DNA of 64,000 bases from Oculina patagonica (lineage: Eukaryota), in contig NC_135767.1 of the NCBI RefSeq assembly GCF_052425735.1, positions 21,328,001-21,392,000 on the forward strand, in the 5' to 3' direction. Made by a program: the position numbers and the translations under genes. Each line of letters opens with the position of its first letter. Positions within the stretch are counted from its first letter, which is position 1. The notes under the pieces are model-generated. The model searched no databases. It was not told where the DNA came from and saw only the letters and a list, made by a program, of their open reading frames with translations. This document shows positions 49,340 to 60,869 of this stretch, piece after piece.

Positions 49340-50090
49340 TTCTGCGCATGCCATTATTGCCATACAGTAGGTTTCCTTCTATGTGTTCAGCGCCACTGTT
49401 GACAACCCGCCATCACGAACTTCTCCAACTGCTTACTTGTTCTGGTTTCTATTTCGATTCGATTCTCTGTCGATATTTTTGCGAAAAATAATTTTGCAGA
49501 GGGATTCTCGATCAGCTTTGGCATGCGCCACGCGTAGACGAACGGATCTAACAGGACTTCAAGGTAAAGCAGGTTATCCACCATCAAGTTTGCAATTAGA
49601 TCATTCGCGGAAACAACATCTTCTTTAGAAAACATGTTTATTGTCAGATAAAGATAGCTCCAGGCATGTTACATACAATCAACACAGTTAGCAGCATGAA
49701 ATTCACACGGACAAAGTTATATGCACTTGGATGTGCTTTCCGCTGTCTTGCCTCTCCGTTTGGCCTCGAAGAGAGTTTCCTGTCGCCATCTTTTTCATCA
49801 CGAGATGTAAAGGAATGTAGATAGCGATAGTCACAAAGGCTGAGGGATAACTGTGAATAAACAGGTCCATATAAATTGAATATTTTGAGACAGCCCCGTT
49901 AAATGCAGGCACCAAAAGGCTGCTGCTTCACTTGCTAACGTGTTCCAAATGGCAGTCGAATGATAATAATGTTTGGGAGGAAATGTTTGGCTGTAATTCA
50001 AGGCGTTCTTCAAGTTTCAAGAAACACCTTAATGGCTTCCTCTGTCGCTTGTCCTTCCTTTAAGTATTATTTCCATCGTATAATTTGTCA
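49340..50090 (-). pseudogene. Disrupted copy of the 52070-53209 GPCR
   Basis: Fragments LHLVMKKMATGNSLR and IANLMVDNLLYLEVLLDPFVYAWRMPK occur in separate ORFs and TM1-TM4 are missing. 50010-50085 resembles the upstream flank of the intact gene (53366-53440). Confidence 0.8.
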
Positions 50091-52069
50091 TGCAGAGTTA
50101 TTTTTAACTGGTCACTTTCAGCTGATTTATTCAATCTAATAAGCAATTATTTTACCAAATTCTGAAATGAAGTGAATTCTTATGTTCCCTCCTCGGGACT
50201 TGAAGAATATTAGTTTCTACGATGTTATATTGCGTAGCAGAAGCTAATTTGTGCATTTCAAGCTTTCATAATGAAAGCTTCAATTAGTTGAAAAATAGAA
50301 TAAAGTTTGTAAATATATATTTGAATAGAAATGTGACGTGGCAGTTTTGTTCGCAGTTTATCGCACACATACAATCATCTTTCCCCAAATTAAGAAAGGC
50401 CATACTCATCTCAAACAACAATGAGCAAGAGAATGTTCCAGATCAACAGATGTTAGATTCCCGAGTAAGAGAAAAATGAAGTTAATTTTCAAGTCTCTTA
50501 TGGGTGCTTTCTATATTTTCACCCACGCTATCTTCTAGATGTATGGTAAGCAGCAATTTTACCGCAGCTTTGCTTAACTGTGTTTTAAATTAAGCGCCTC
50601 TTCTTAGCTCCGGTTGTTTTAATGAATACTTACCGGGCGTAATTTGAACTAATCTATTCATGACCTTGACATGTGTGCAGTTTCAAACGTTTTCTCATTG
50701 TTAAGCTTCTCTTGGACTACAATTTCTGTTTAATTGTTTCTTCATTAGCATGATAGCATAGAGTGCAAGCTATCGGATCGATGAAGCAATTGAATGTGAA
50801 TATAAAGCAAAGCGACGATAGATATAATCACTGTCAGTAGGAATTGAGCCGTGTCATCCACAAGCAAACAACTCTTCACCGAGTTCTCCCTTGCTATGGC
50901 ATATTTTAAAGCTGTTTAAAAGCGTAGCTTTAAAAGCGTAAAAGTGATAAAACATCTACACAGGGTATCGTTTCACGTCAGCAGTCAACAATTCTGTTGA
51001 TTAGCAAGGTCATGTGACTACCTTGATGCAAAAAGGGCCTAATTTCTTCAGTGCAGTTGCTAACAAAAACTCAGTATAGCCCCTTCACTTTCAAGAAAAC
51101 CAAAGACAAAATCCGCGTAGTGGTATTTTGTACAATATGAAAAGGTTCAGATTTAAGGATTATTTTGTACTCGTACTCATGAAGTGACATACGGTGGATT
51201 TTTAATACCTCACTCGAAAACTTTTCCAGCTGTCGAGAACATGAATTATTCGAAGGCGTGTCCTAACGTTTGATTGACGTTTAGTTTGTCCATCGTTTTC
51301 ATTGGACCCTTTCACACTTCTTTGTTGGTGAAAAAACGTTAAAACTTTTACTTTATAATATGCATGTTTATTATATATTATGTACAAAATTCGCAATCAA
51401 TATAGTGTTTGGAGAACACTTCTACCATGTTTGGAATAAATAATTATTAACGAAAACGTCTACATTTTTACAAAAAAAGATCACTATTTACAGGCAACCG
51501 TTCTATTTTGTTCATTAAAAAGCCAAATTCAACATACGGATTTTACAGACAACCGTTCTGTGTTCCTTCATAGAAAGCTAAATTACAACAATTTATTGCT
51601 TATATCTCTTTCAATGTATGTTACAGGACTACATTGACTTTGTTCATTGTCTCAATTGGGACAGAAATATACATGGTAATATGAGAGGACTATGTAAACA
51701 TATACGGGCTGCTTTAGCATGCAGCAGCATTTTCTTTCAAAAGCCCTCGTATTTTTTTTATTTTTTGGTCGAAACGAAATTGAATAATGCATCGCTATGT
51801 ACAGTCAAGCTGATTTTTTAGACCAAAAGTGTAATTCAACGTGCTAAATATTTATATATTTTGTCATGGTTTGCTGCCTTAGGGGACATTCACTCTACAT
51901 CAACAGACGACTCCACTAAATGTTTTAAACTTAGTTATCGCCGGTCTGTATATAACTACTGCTTGTGACAATTCATCATCGCGACTTAGTCAAATTTGAA
52001 GAAGTGCTATCGTTTTAATTTCGACTCAAAACTCTGTCGATATCTTTCTCTGTCCTACAGGACGTGCAC

Positions 52070-53209
52070 TCAATGGGACACCTCGATATTTTTAAAGCTT
52101 AGTAAAGTTATCGCTGATCTGTTCAGTGCTGTTGAAAGTTCACCATCATGGCTTACTCCAGCGGCTAACAGGTTCTGATTTTCATTTCGACTGGATTCTC
52201 TTTCGATACTTCTGCGACAAACAATCTTGTTCAGGGACTCTCGGTACTTTGGCATGCGCCACGCGTAGACGAACGGATCAAACAGGAATTTCAGGTAAAG
52301 CAGGTTATCCATCATCAAATTTGCGATCACAACAGTTATTGCAGAAGGAGCATACTTTTCTTCCATGAACAGCCTTATGGTTATTGTGATCACTGTAGGC
52401 AAGAAACACACAATTAAAGCGATTAAAAGTAATACGTTCAAGCGAACAAAGTTTCGTTGTACTTGAGTATGTTTACTTTCCTCGCGGGAAGCACCCTCGT
52501 TTCTAAGTGAGTTACCTGTTGCCATTTTCCTTTTCATAGTGTAATGCAGAAGGATGTAGAAAACAATGGTGATCAGGATCAATGTATAGTTGTGAAGGAA
52601 CAGTTCTACAAAATCTTTAATTTTCCCTAGAACACTCATCAAAGGCAAGCAAGAGAAGAGTGCTGTATAAAGATAGATAGACACAACGCTTATTAAGACT
52701 TTCTTCTTTGTTACCAAGCGACCGAACTTTAGAGGCGACGCAACCACGATGTACTGCGTCACGGTAAAGGCGAAAACGATTATCAACGATATAGTTATAG
52801 AACAAGATGCAAAATAACCAGCAAACTCCATGAAAGGTTGACATTTCCTCACCAAAGGATGTTGAAGGTACATGAACATAAAACAAGTAGCATATATGGG
52901 TTCTTGCACCAGTCCTGTTAGTAAGTCGACTATGGCCAAACCGATGAGGAAATACGTGGTTGGGTTGCGGAAAATTTTCAATGGGTCGATGCAGAGAATG
53001 AGAAGAAGAAGGCTGTTGGCCAAAATTGTGACAAATGAGACGACAAACATGAAGATAGCTGAACCAAAGGCAGCTTTGAAAAAATCCTCAAATGGGTTGC
53101 CTCCATCTGCAGGAATTGAAGTGTTTGCCAGATTGGTATCGTTGTCGGTTGAATTGCTGTTGAGCATGATATCCAAACTGGAATTGAAGGCTTCGTTTGA
53201 TAACGACAT
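52070..53209 (-). CDS. Intronless class A (rhodopsin-like) orphan GPCR, 379 aa
   Basis: Seven hydrophobic segments, N-glycosylation sequons in the N-terminus, TM1 AN, TM2 LAIVD, TM3 end FTVTQY, TM6 CFLP, TM7 LKFLFDPFVYAWRMPKYR. Confidence 0.92.
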   Translation of the reverse strand: MSLSNEAFNSSLDIMLNSNSTDNDTNLANTSIPADGGNPFEDFFKAAFGSAIFMFVVSFVTILANSLLLLILCIDPLKIFRNPTTYFLIGLAIVDLLTGLVQEPIYATCFMFMYLQHPLVRKCQPFMEFAGYFASCSITISLIIVFAFTVTQYIVVASPLKFGRLVTKKKVLISVVSIYLYTALFSCLPLMSVLGKIKDFVELFLHNYTLILITIVFYILLHYTMKRKMATGNSLRNEGASREESKHTQVQRNFVRLNVLLLIALIVCFLPTVITITIRLFMEEKYAPSAITVVIANLMMDNLLYLKFLFDPFVYAWRMPKYRESLNKIVCRRSIERESSRNENQNLLAAGVSHDGELSTALNRSAITLLSFKNIEVSH

Positions 53210-53509
53210 CTTTCAAATGACACTCGAAGTCCACGAATTATCTGCGGCAGCGATATTTGCTGGGTTGTGGATACAGTATTTGTGGTACACTAGTGCAGAT
53301 GTGTCACTTGTGAAACACGGGAAAACTGCAGAAAAACGTACAACAGAAAAACCTGGAACGATCTCTAAGTTCTAAACGAACGCCTTAATGGCCACATCTG
53401 ACTTTTGTCGATCCTTAAAGTATATTGTTTTCAAGGGATAATGTTTTCGTCCAAATTTAACTTTAATAGGTTGCTTCCAACTGGTTTGTTCAAACCGACA
53501 TTCTTTGTC

Positions 53510-53723
53510 GAGGGTACCAAAGGGGGGTTCGTGATCCCGTTTCACGCACAAGTTTTAACCAAATTCACGTGTCACGTATACTTGAAACAGCAGAATTCAC
53601 GGATCACGTTTCTTTTCTAACTATTTTTCACGCGTCACGGTCTAATTTTTGCCCTATTTTCACGCGTCACGGACTAATTTTTGCCCTTTTCACGTGTCAC
53701 GCATAAACCCTTTGCCCCCCTCT
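53510..53723. mobile_element. Short MITE with cacg(t/c)gtcacg repeats
   Basis: gagggtaccaaagggg ... ccctttgccccccctc-like inverted ends and internal repeats. Confidence 0.55.
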
Positions 53724-54513
53724 TTGTCCACTTTTGATTGAACTGCACAATTCCATTTCTTCTTCGTATTGAGTCAGGAGATTAACAGCAATTGACAGTT
53801 CCATTCTTCGGTCGCATTGTTTGAGAGATTCACATGAAGAGGATGTCTTTGTTAATTAGGATTTTTTCATTATCGACGAAAATACCAAAAAAAAACGAAA
53901 AAAACAAACAAAGCAAAACCAACAGTTCAATCTTAAGGAGGCTCAATGGAACAGACAGTTTTACCGATACAACTGTTTTGCAAAAACTCGACGGGAAACC
54001 TTTGGACAAGTTCGTCTCGAAATGTGTTTTACCATCTGGTCAGTAGAGACGCATTTTTTAATGCGTTATATAATCACTAATTGATTTTTCGGTGAGCGTT
54101 TAAAATTGAAATTATTATCGCACGGAGTCTCTCTTTTAAATGGGGACCAACGGATCAACAGTGTGAGGATGCAAGGAAAAAATTGTTAGTTGACGTTCAA
54201 TTTAAGTAGAAAGAAGATTTAATTTTTGAATGGAAAAAGATCGATGAAAAGCCAGTTAAAAGTTCCGATTGAATTCTTGATAATAGGTATTGCTTCACGC
54301 TTGTTTTGTCGACTCTGATAGGGTTGAAGTCAGGGTTTTATCCCGCCTTTCAAGGAAAAGATCCTAGAAATGTTATGAGCGCGATATAAGTGGTTTTCTA
54401 TTGATAGTATATTTTAGGTGCACCATAATAGCAACTATAATACAGGGAGCTAGATAAAATCACGCGGACACCACAGCAAACAATTAACAATGCACTTCAG
54501 TTTATGCTGATGT

Positions 54514-55626
54514 TTAGTCCGGAGAAATGCTTTTAAAATCCAGAGTGATCACAGTCTCACGTGACTTGCTCATCCGGGCTACAACGCGGTCACTGAACGT
54601 TGACGTGGTCTCAGCCTGTTCTCTGCCACAGCGAAGGACAATCTTGAGCGCCTGACGATACTTGGGAATTCTCCACGCGTACACAAACGGGTCAAGCAGG
54701 AATTTCAGGTAAAGCACGTTCTCCACCATAAGAAAACTAATGAGAACTCTTGGACTCGGAGGGTCTTCGAATACGTTCCCGTATAAATTGATACTCCACA
54801 GAATCACTGAAGGCTGAGAGCAAAGAAACAAAATGGCGATGAGAAGAAAATTAACGGTGATAAATTTTCGTTCCAGTGTCGTTTGTCTGTCATTTTGACA
54901 TCCTCCTATGCCGTTATCTTCTCGGCGAAGATTTTTAGAAGCGGCCATTTTCTTCTTGAAAGCAACGTGCAAAAGGATGTAAAAGATTATAGTGAGATAT
55001 GTAATAACAAATGAGTGGAAAATGTGATCAATTTTGTAGTGGATATCTTCGGGGACACCCATCATACCCAAAAAGCTAAAAAATATAGCGTACGCATATA
55101 TTGATATCACGGCTAACATTACACGCGTTTTGGTAACTTTAAGGGCGTAGTTCAAAGGCGAAATCACGACAATGTATTGTGTGACGGTAAAAGCCAACAC
55201 GATAAGAAACGAAGCATTCCAGGCAGCAAGTGATATCGTTTGTCCTGTCTCAATAAGACGTTTACATGTAGAAACAGTGTCAGGGTGTCCGAGATACATC
55301 ATTATGAAACATGTAGCGTTCATGGGTTGCTGGGTTGTGGCTGTTAAAATATCGACGAGGGCAAGACCGATCAGGAAATACGTGGTAGCGTTCCGGAATA
55401 CCTTGAAAGGATCAAAGAAGAAAACCAAAAGCAACAAGCCGTTTGCCACGATGCTTGTGAATGAAACGACGATTATGTAGATTGCGGAGCCAAAAGCGAA
55501 CTTGTGGAACTCACGATAAGGGTTAGGTATAGCAAGTGATGGCTGTGGTATAGTCAGTGGACATGATGAAGAATTGCCAGTAAAATGTGTTGTTAAGTTA
55601 CAACCTAATGCTGTTAAAGGTTCCAT
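54514..55626 (-). CDS. Intronless class A orphan GPCR, paralog 2, 370 aa
   Basis: 7TM ORF with LALVD, FTVTQY, LCSQP and LKFLLDPFVYAWRIPKYR; clearly paralogous to its neighbours. Confidence 0.92.
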   Translation of the reverse strand: MEPLTALGCNLTTHFTGNSSSCPLTIPQPSLAIPNPYREFHKFAFGSAIYIIVVSFTSIVANGLLLLVFFFDPFKVFRNATTYFLIGLALVDILTATTQQPMNATCFIMMYLGHPDTVSTCKRLIETGQTISLAAWNASFLIVLAFTVTQYIVVISPLNYALKVTKTRVMLAVISIYAYAIFFSFLGMMGVPEDIHYKIDHIFHSFVITYLTIIFYILLHVAFKKKMAASKNLRREDNGIGGCQNDRQTTLERKFITVNFLLIAILFLCSQPSVILWSINLYGNVFEDPPSPRVLISFLMVENVLYLKFLLDPFVYAWRIPKYRQALKIVLRCGREQAETTSTFSDRVVARMSKSRETVITLDFKSISPD

Positions 55627-57819
55627 TTTGCATTAAAGCTTTGACAAAGTAAGGTCTGTCTCACCATAACAGGTGAAACAAGTGTAATTGGCTAACGCGA
55701 TTGTTTAGTTTCTTTTATTCATATGTACCGGTAGTACTTTGATAACAGCACATAGGGGGGCCTTTAGCGCTTTAAAACGCCTACTGCTTGTGAAGGTTTT
55801 AGCTTTTGTTCACCATTTTTATGCATTATAAGATTAGTTGCATGTCGATATTTCCATTTGATTTTTCTTTCTCTTGATGTCTTTCTTGTAATCCGCTGTA
55901 CAATTTAGAACGTCAGTTTAAGTTTATGTTCTGCGTCACAATAATATCACGGTAGGATATCTCTCTTTGCAATATATAAAAGCCAGCACCAACCGATGGG
56001 CTAATGTATCAAATTTGAAATCGAAATTACTTGTTAAATTTGTACGCTTACGTCCAGTGGTGGCTTTAATTGTTTTTTATTTTGGGGAAAGATTAAAAAG
56101 GGTTGAAAGCCACGAATTGATGTATTATGGGTTTTCCTCGATGTTTTGCAGCTATAGTTTACCTGCTCTATGTTGTTTGAAGGTTTACGTAGTTTTCTAA
56201 GTTCTTCTTTGTTTCACGTTACTGGTGAGCTTTTAACACTGAGGGGAGCCGACCTGATTGAATGCGAGGTACTTTTGTACTCTAGAGGTTTCAATTAATG
56301 TTCATGGGAAGCGAGATTCTCAATATTTCAGTTGTGATTGTGTCCCTCAGTTGTTTATGACACCACAAAAAAATAAAAAAAATCATAATGAATGTTCGTA
56401 ATTTCTTTAACTGTTAGTGAAATTTTCCAATTACACTCATGCACAATAATGCATGAGAATTTTATGTGGTATGACATTTGTCGTTAACTGAGGGTTGAAT
56501 TATACGCAGTATTTTATTCACATCCAAAGTAGTTGACGCCATACAGACTTAACGCTGTTCCTTGGTTCGACTGCGTTGCAACACATCATGGAAGCAGCGT
56601 GTTATAATTTCTGTGACCAGGTTTCAGCCTTAAAATAATGGTGGAATCGATATAACTTTGACATATAAAATTTTGTAATGTAGAAGCTCTCCTCCCCCCT
56701 CTACTGGTCATCTAGTGTAGCAGTAGCTATTGCTTTTGTAGCTAGGGGCATTGTTCTAAAGTTTTCTCGAAGAGTCAATCCATAAATATGCAAGGCCTCG
56801 CCAGAGCTGCAACCCGAGCCAACTCAAAGCGCATTTCTCTGAGATTTTGCCTTCGTATGGCCAAATGGTTAGCTCGCTGGAGCCGTTCGGTTTCGAGAAT
56901 TGGTCGAGGTACATACTCCATATAGTCCAAGTCGCCTCATGCTATAGAAACTACAGATAAGCGCAGGTCTGATGGGCCACTTTTAATCTCAAATACAGAT
57001 CTCTTGAGTCTTATCTTTTTATACTTAAATTACTATAGAAAAGAGAGGAATTCTTTGCGAGACAAATTGATAGCCAAATACCTTGTGCAGGTATAACAGG
57101 TTGGCAAATATTGTTTCCTTTTTTAAAGAATTCTATAGCGTTTAACATTGAAGAGTGGTTTCTAATTGGGCACAAAAAAGAACCAAAACCAAGTTGAAAC
57201 CAAAAAACTCACAATAAGCAATCATGTGAACTGTCAGTCACCTCTTCTGAGAAAATTGGAAGACGCGGGGATGATGGGAAGGGGCCAATCAAGACAGAGA
57301 GAGGACTGGCAGATAGTGTGTGAGAAAAATTGAGATATCCATCTCTTTCTCCCTTGGCATCGTCAAGCCAGCAGTAACTGAGGAGCTGATGTATGAAAGC
57401 AGGAGACAGGAACAGAATGCTCATCCCAGTTGCAACCTATATATAATCTTCCACAAGAAAAGATAATGTAAAATTACAGACAGCAGAAGGATAAAACATA
57501 TATATAAAACACGCGTGACAAACCGCGATTGACTTCAGTTGCCTTTGTATAAGAAAAACTGCAATCAACTTCAAAAGCTGCAAATTCCTGCTGTATGTTT
57601 TTTTGTATTGAAATGTATTCTTGAAAACTTGTTAAACAGTGATCTATTGAGCTTTGAGTAATATCACTTTTTCTACTTGCATTAAAGCCGGACTTGATAA
57701 TGATTAGATACAGAAAGCATTTATATTTTAAACGGGGCAACCTTACTTGAAAACGTTTGCTAACTTTGTGCTGCTCTATTTAGATAAAGTGTTTTTCTTT
57801 TACTTCACTTTCATCGAGC

Positions 57820-58983
57820 TTATTCCCTGGAAATGCTCTTAAAATCCAGAGTGATCACAGTCTCACGTGACTTGCTCATCCGGGCTACAACGCGGTCACT
57901 GAACGTTGACGGGGTCTCAGGCTCTTCTCTGCCACAGCGCAGGACAATCTTGAGCGCCTGACGATATTTGGGAATTCTCCATGCGTAGACAAACGGGTCA
58001 AGCAGGAATTTCAGGTACAGTATGTTATCCACCATGAGATTGATAATCAGAAGTTTTGGACTGTTAACGTCATCTTTGGAGTACAAGCGATAAATCCACA
58101 ACATGGCGGAGGGCTGAGAAGCCAGAAACAAGATGGCAATCAGAAGAAAATTCACAATAATAAACTTTCGCTCCACGCCCGTTTGCCTACCATTCTTTCT
58201 TTCATCTTGTGCGTTGCTGTCTTCTTGAAGATTTTTGGAAGCGGCCATTTTCTTCTTGAAAGCGATGTATAAGAGGATATAAAAGATTATGTTCAGATAT
58301 ATCAAGGAAATAGAATGAAATATATTGTCGATCTTTTGTGTGATATCAATTGGGACGCCCATACGAGGTGATACGCTGAACAGTATAGAGTACACGTAAA
58401 TGGCCAACACGCAGATTATCACACGCGTTTTTGTCACCTTTCGCGCGTGGTTCAGAGGCGAAATCACGACAATGTACTGTGTGACGGTAAAAGCCAACAC
58501 GATAAGAAACGAGGCATTCATGGCAGTTAGAGCTATCGTTCGTCCTGTCTCCAAGAGAGGTAGACAAGTATCACGAGTGTCAGGGTGTCTAATATACATC
58601 ATTATAAAACATGTGGCGTACATGGGCTGTTGTGCTGCGGCTGTTAAAATATCCACAAAGGCAAGACCGATCAGGAAACAAGTGGTGGCATTCTGGAATT
58701 CTTTTAAAGGATCGAGGAGAAAAACCACAAGCAAAAAGCCGTTTGCTACGATTGTTGTGAATGAAATAATGATCATGTAGATTGCAGAGCCAAAAGCAAA
58801 CTTGAAGAACTCAAGGTAAGTGTTGAGGATGGGTGCCGACGGTGGGGGTATAGCCTGCGGACATGTCGTGGAATTCAGACCCGAATCTGTAGTATTTACC
58901 ATGGAGGAGCAGTTGTGGGTTGAGTTCAGTGTGTTAAGCAAAATTTTTATTGTGGAATTGAAGGCTTCGCTTGCCAATGACAT
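57820..58983 (-). CDS. Intronless class A orphan GPCR, paralog 3 (about 387 aa)
   Basis: The ORF track starts at a TTG (59097). The first ATG, at 58983, gives MSLASEAFNS, homologous to MSLSNEAFNS of the 52070 gene. Motifs LAFVD, FTVTQY, LASQP and DPFVYAWRIPKYR. Confidence 0.9.
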   Translation of the reverse strand: MSLASEAFNSTIKILLNTLNSTHNCSSMVNTTDSGLNSTTCPQAIPPPSAPILNTYLEFFKFAFGSAIYMIIISFTTIVANGFLLVVFLLDPLKEFQNATTCFLIGLAFVDILTAAAQQPMYATCFIMMYIRHPDTRDTCLPLLETGRTIALTAMNASFLIVLAFTVTQYIVVISPLNHARKVTKTRVIICVLAIYVYSILFSVSPRMGVPIDITQKIDNIFHSISLIYLNIIFYILLYIAFKKKMAASKNLQEDSNAQDERKNGRQTGVERKFIIVNFLLIAILFLASQPSAMLWIYRLYSKDDVNSPKLLIINLMVDNILYLKFLLDPFVYAWRIPKYRQALKIVLRCGREEPETPSTFSDRVVARMSKSRETVITLDFKSISRE

Positions 58984-59694
58984 GTTCCAAGAGGCACTCG
59001 GATGGACTGTCTCGGTTGTTCTTGTTGGGTCGTAAAGGGACTTTGTGTTGCACTTGCGCGGGTTATGTCGATTCTGTGGCAATTGGATGTAGATCAATTA
59101 TAGTCAGGCCTAAATGAGTAAGAAAATATTTGAGAGACAATTACGGTTTATATATACTCGTTTGGTGTTTTTCTACCTTGGAAAACTAATGTTTTTTGAG
59201 ATTTCCTACAATTTGAAATGAATTTTGATCACTTTTCATGAAAAAAATATTGTAAAAATAACAAATTGATCTTTTTTGTTGTCGAGCTGCAGCTAATTAG
59301 TCTATTATACATTGTGGTCACTAGCTGTCTTCTCATTGGCTAAGAGCCTACAGCTAATTCTGGGAATCCGCGCAACACCGCGCAACCTACAGATTAGTGA
59401 ATAATCTGCTAGCAGATTATTCACTACATCTGTAGGTTGCGCGCGCAATGCATGATTTCCAAGAGCAATGTGTCAGGCATCTGGCGGCGAAGGAAATTCA
59501 TAGTTCGGCGATTCACTTCTTCAAACGAGAAATAGTTTGACCAAAGTTCAAAATTTGCTGGACAATAAAGTCTCGGAAAACACAAAATGACTAACAAAAA
59601 TGTGACCTCTCACGCGAAAACGTTCCTTAGGACTTGCCGTTTTGACGCGGATAGCCGCGCGTTTGCCGTTCAGTAGCCGTGTGCACGGAAAGGG

Positions 59695-60060
59695 ATGCCG
59701 TTTGAGCCGTGTAAGCTATCCGTGTAACATAAATTAAGGGCCGTTTGAGCCGTGTGGCCGTTCCGTGTAAAAAAAATTGTCAGCCGTTCGAGCCGTGTGA
59801 CCGTTCCGTGTAAAGAAATTGACTAGCCGTTCGAGCCGTGCAGCCGTTCCGTGTGAAGAAATTTATTGGCCGTTCGAGCCGTGTAGCCGTTCCGTGTAAA
59901 GAAATTTACTAGCCGTTCGAGCCGTGTAGCCGTTCCGTGTGAAGAAATTTACTAGCCGTTCGAGCTGTGTAGCCGTTCCGTGTGAAGAAATTTACTAGCC
60001 GTTCGAGCCGTGTAGCCGTTCCGTGTAAAGAAATTTACTAGCCGTTCAACCGTTCCATGC
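59695..60060 (+). repeat. Minisatellite of about 43 bp, roughly 8 copies, probably inside a non-autonomous element
   Basis: Unit gccgttcgagccgtgtagccgttccgtgtaaagaaatttacta. Confidence 0.9.
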
Positions 60061-60869
60061 AAAGAAAACTTTTAGCCGCTCGAGCAGCAAAAGCTATCCG
60101 TTTAAAGTTTCGTCAGCCCTTGAAGCGGCTCAAGCTACACGCTACACATACAAGAAAGTTGACAGACGTTCAAATGGCACGAGCTAAAAACTGCACCTTA
60201 GTAAATGTGTTGTTTACAAACACCTCGTTTTAAACAGACACGGTTTTTTTTTCTGCTCTTGAAATATCTTCGCTTTTATAACATTCGATCATCGATAAAA
60301 ATTTTATCTAAGACTAAAATCTAAGTTCAATTCAACGAGTTACGAGAAAATGTTTCGTTGCTTGACGGAATGCAAATTTCGAGCGCTTCTGATTTGAGAT
60401 CTAAGATAAATTCCGACAAGCGACACGGCGTTTAAACAGCGACATGGAAGAAGTAAAATGGCGACGAACGACGAGACTTTTATTGAAATAATGACAGCGA
60501 AAGTTGAAAGGAACAAACTCAGGCTAAACTAATGAGGGTTTGCATTAGAGCGGGAAAGCGGGAATGTTGCTGCTATAATCAGCTGGCAACCAACTAACGT
60601 ACTTCGTCCTGATAAAGCATAGCAAAGTATAGGGAAATACGACAAGTAAGCCCAGATGTCATTTCAGCTGAGCGACATCAAACCCACCTTTGAAAAATTG
60701 ACAGTGAACGCCTGAAACAGCTGAAAGCAGTCCAAAAATAATCGCCCGTCGAGGTCGAAAAATCGGTGGAGAAATGTTTTGCGATCGAGAATTTTTGATC
60801 AGTTGTGAACACATCGTTTTTTAATTAATCTGTCAAAGAATTAAATTATATTAATTTTAACGGCTCTCT

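Noticed and set aside
52070-58983. GPCRs as opsins because of a TM7 lysine
   Set aside because: The Lys is 5 residues before Pro7.50 (position 7.45). The retinal-binding Lys of opsins is 7 residues before (7.43), where these receptors have Tyr.
58984-59097. N-terminal extension of GPCR paralog 3
   Set aside because: It begins at TTG; paralog homology starts at the ATG at 58983.
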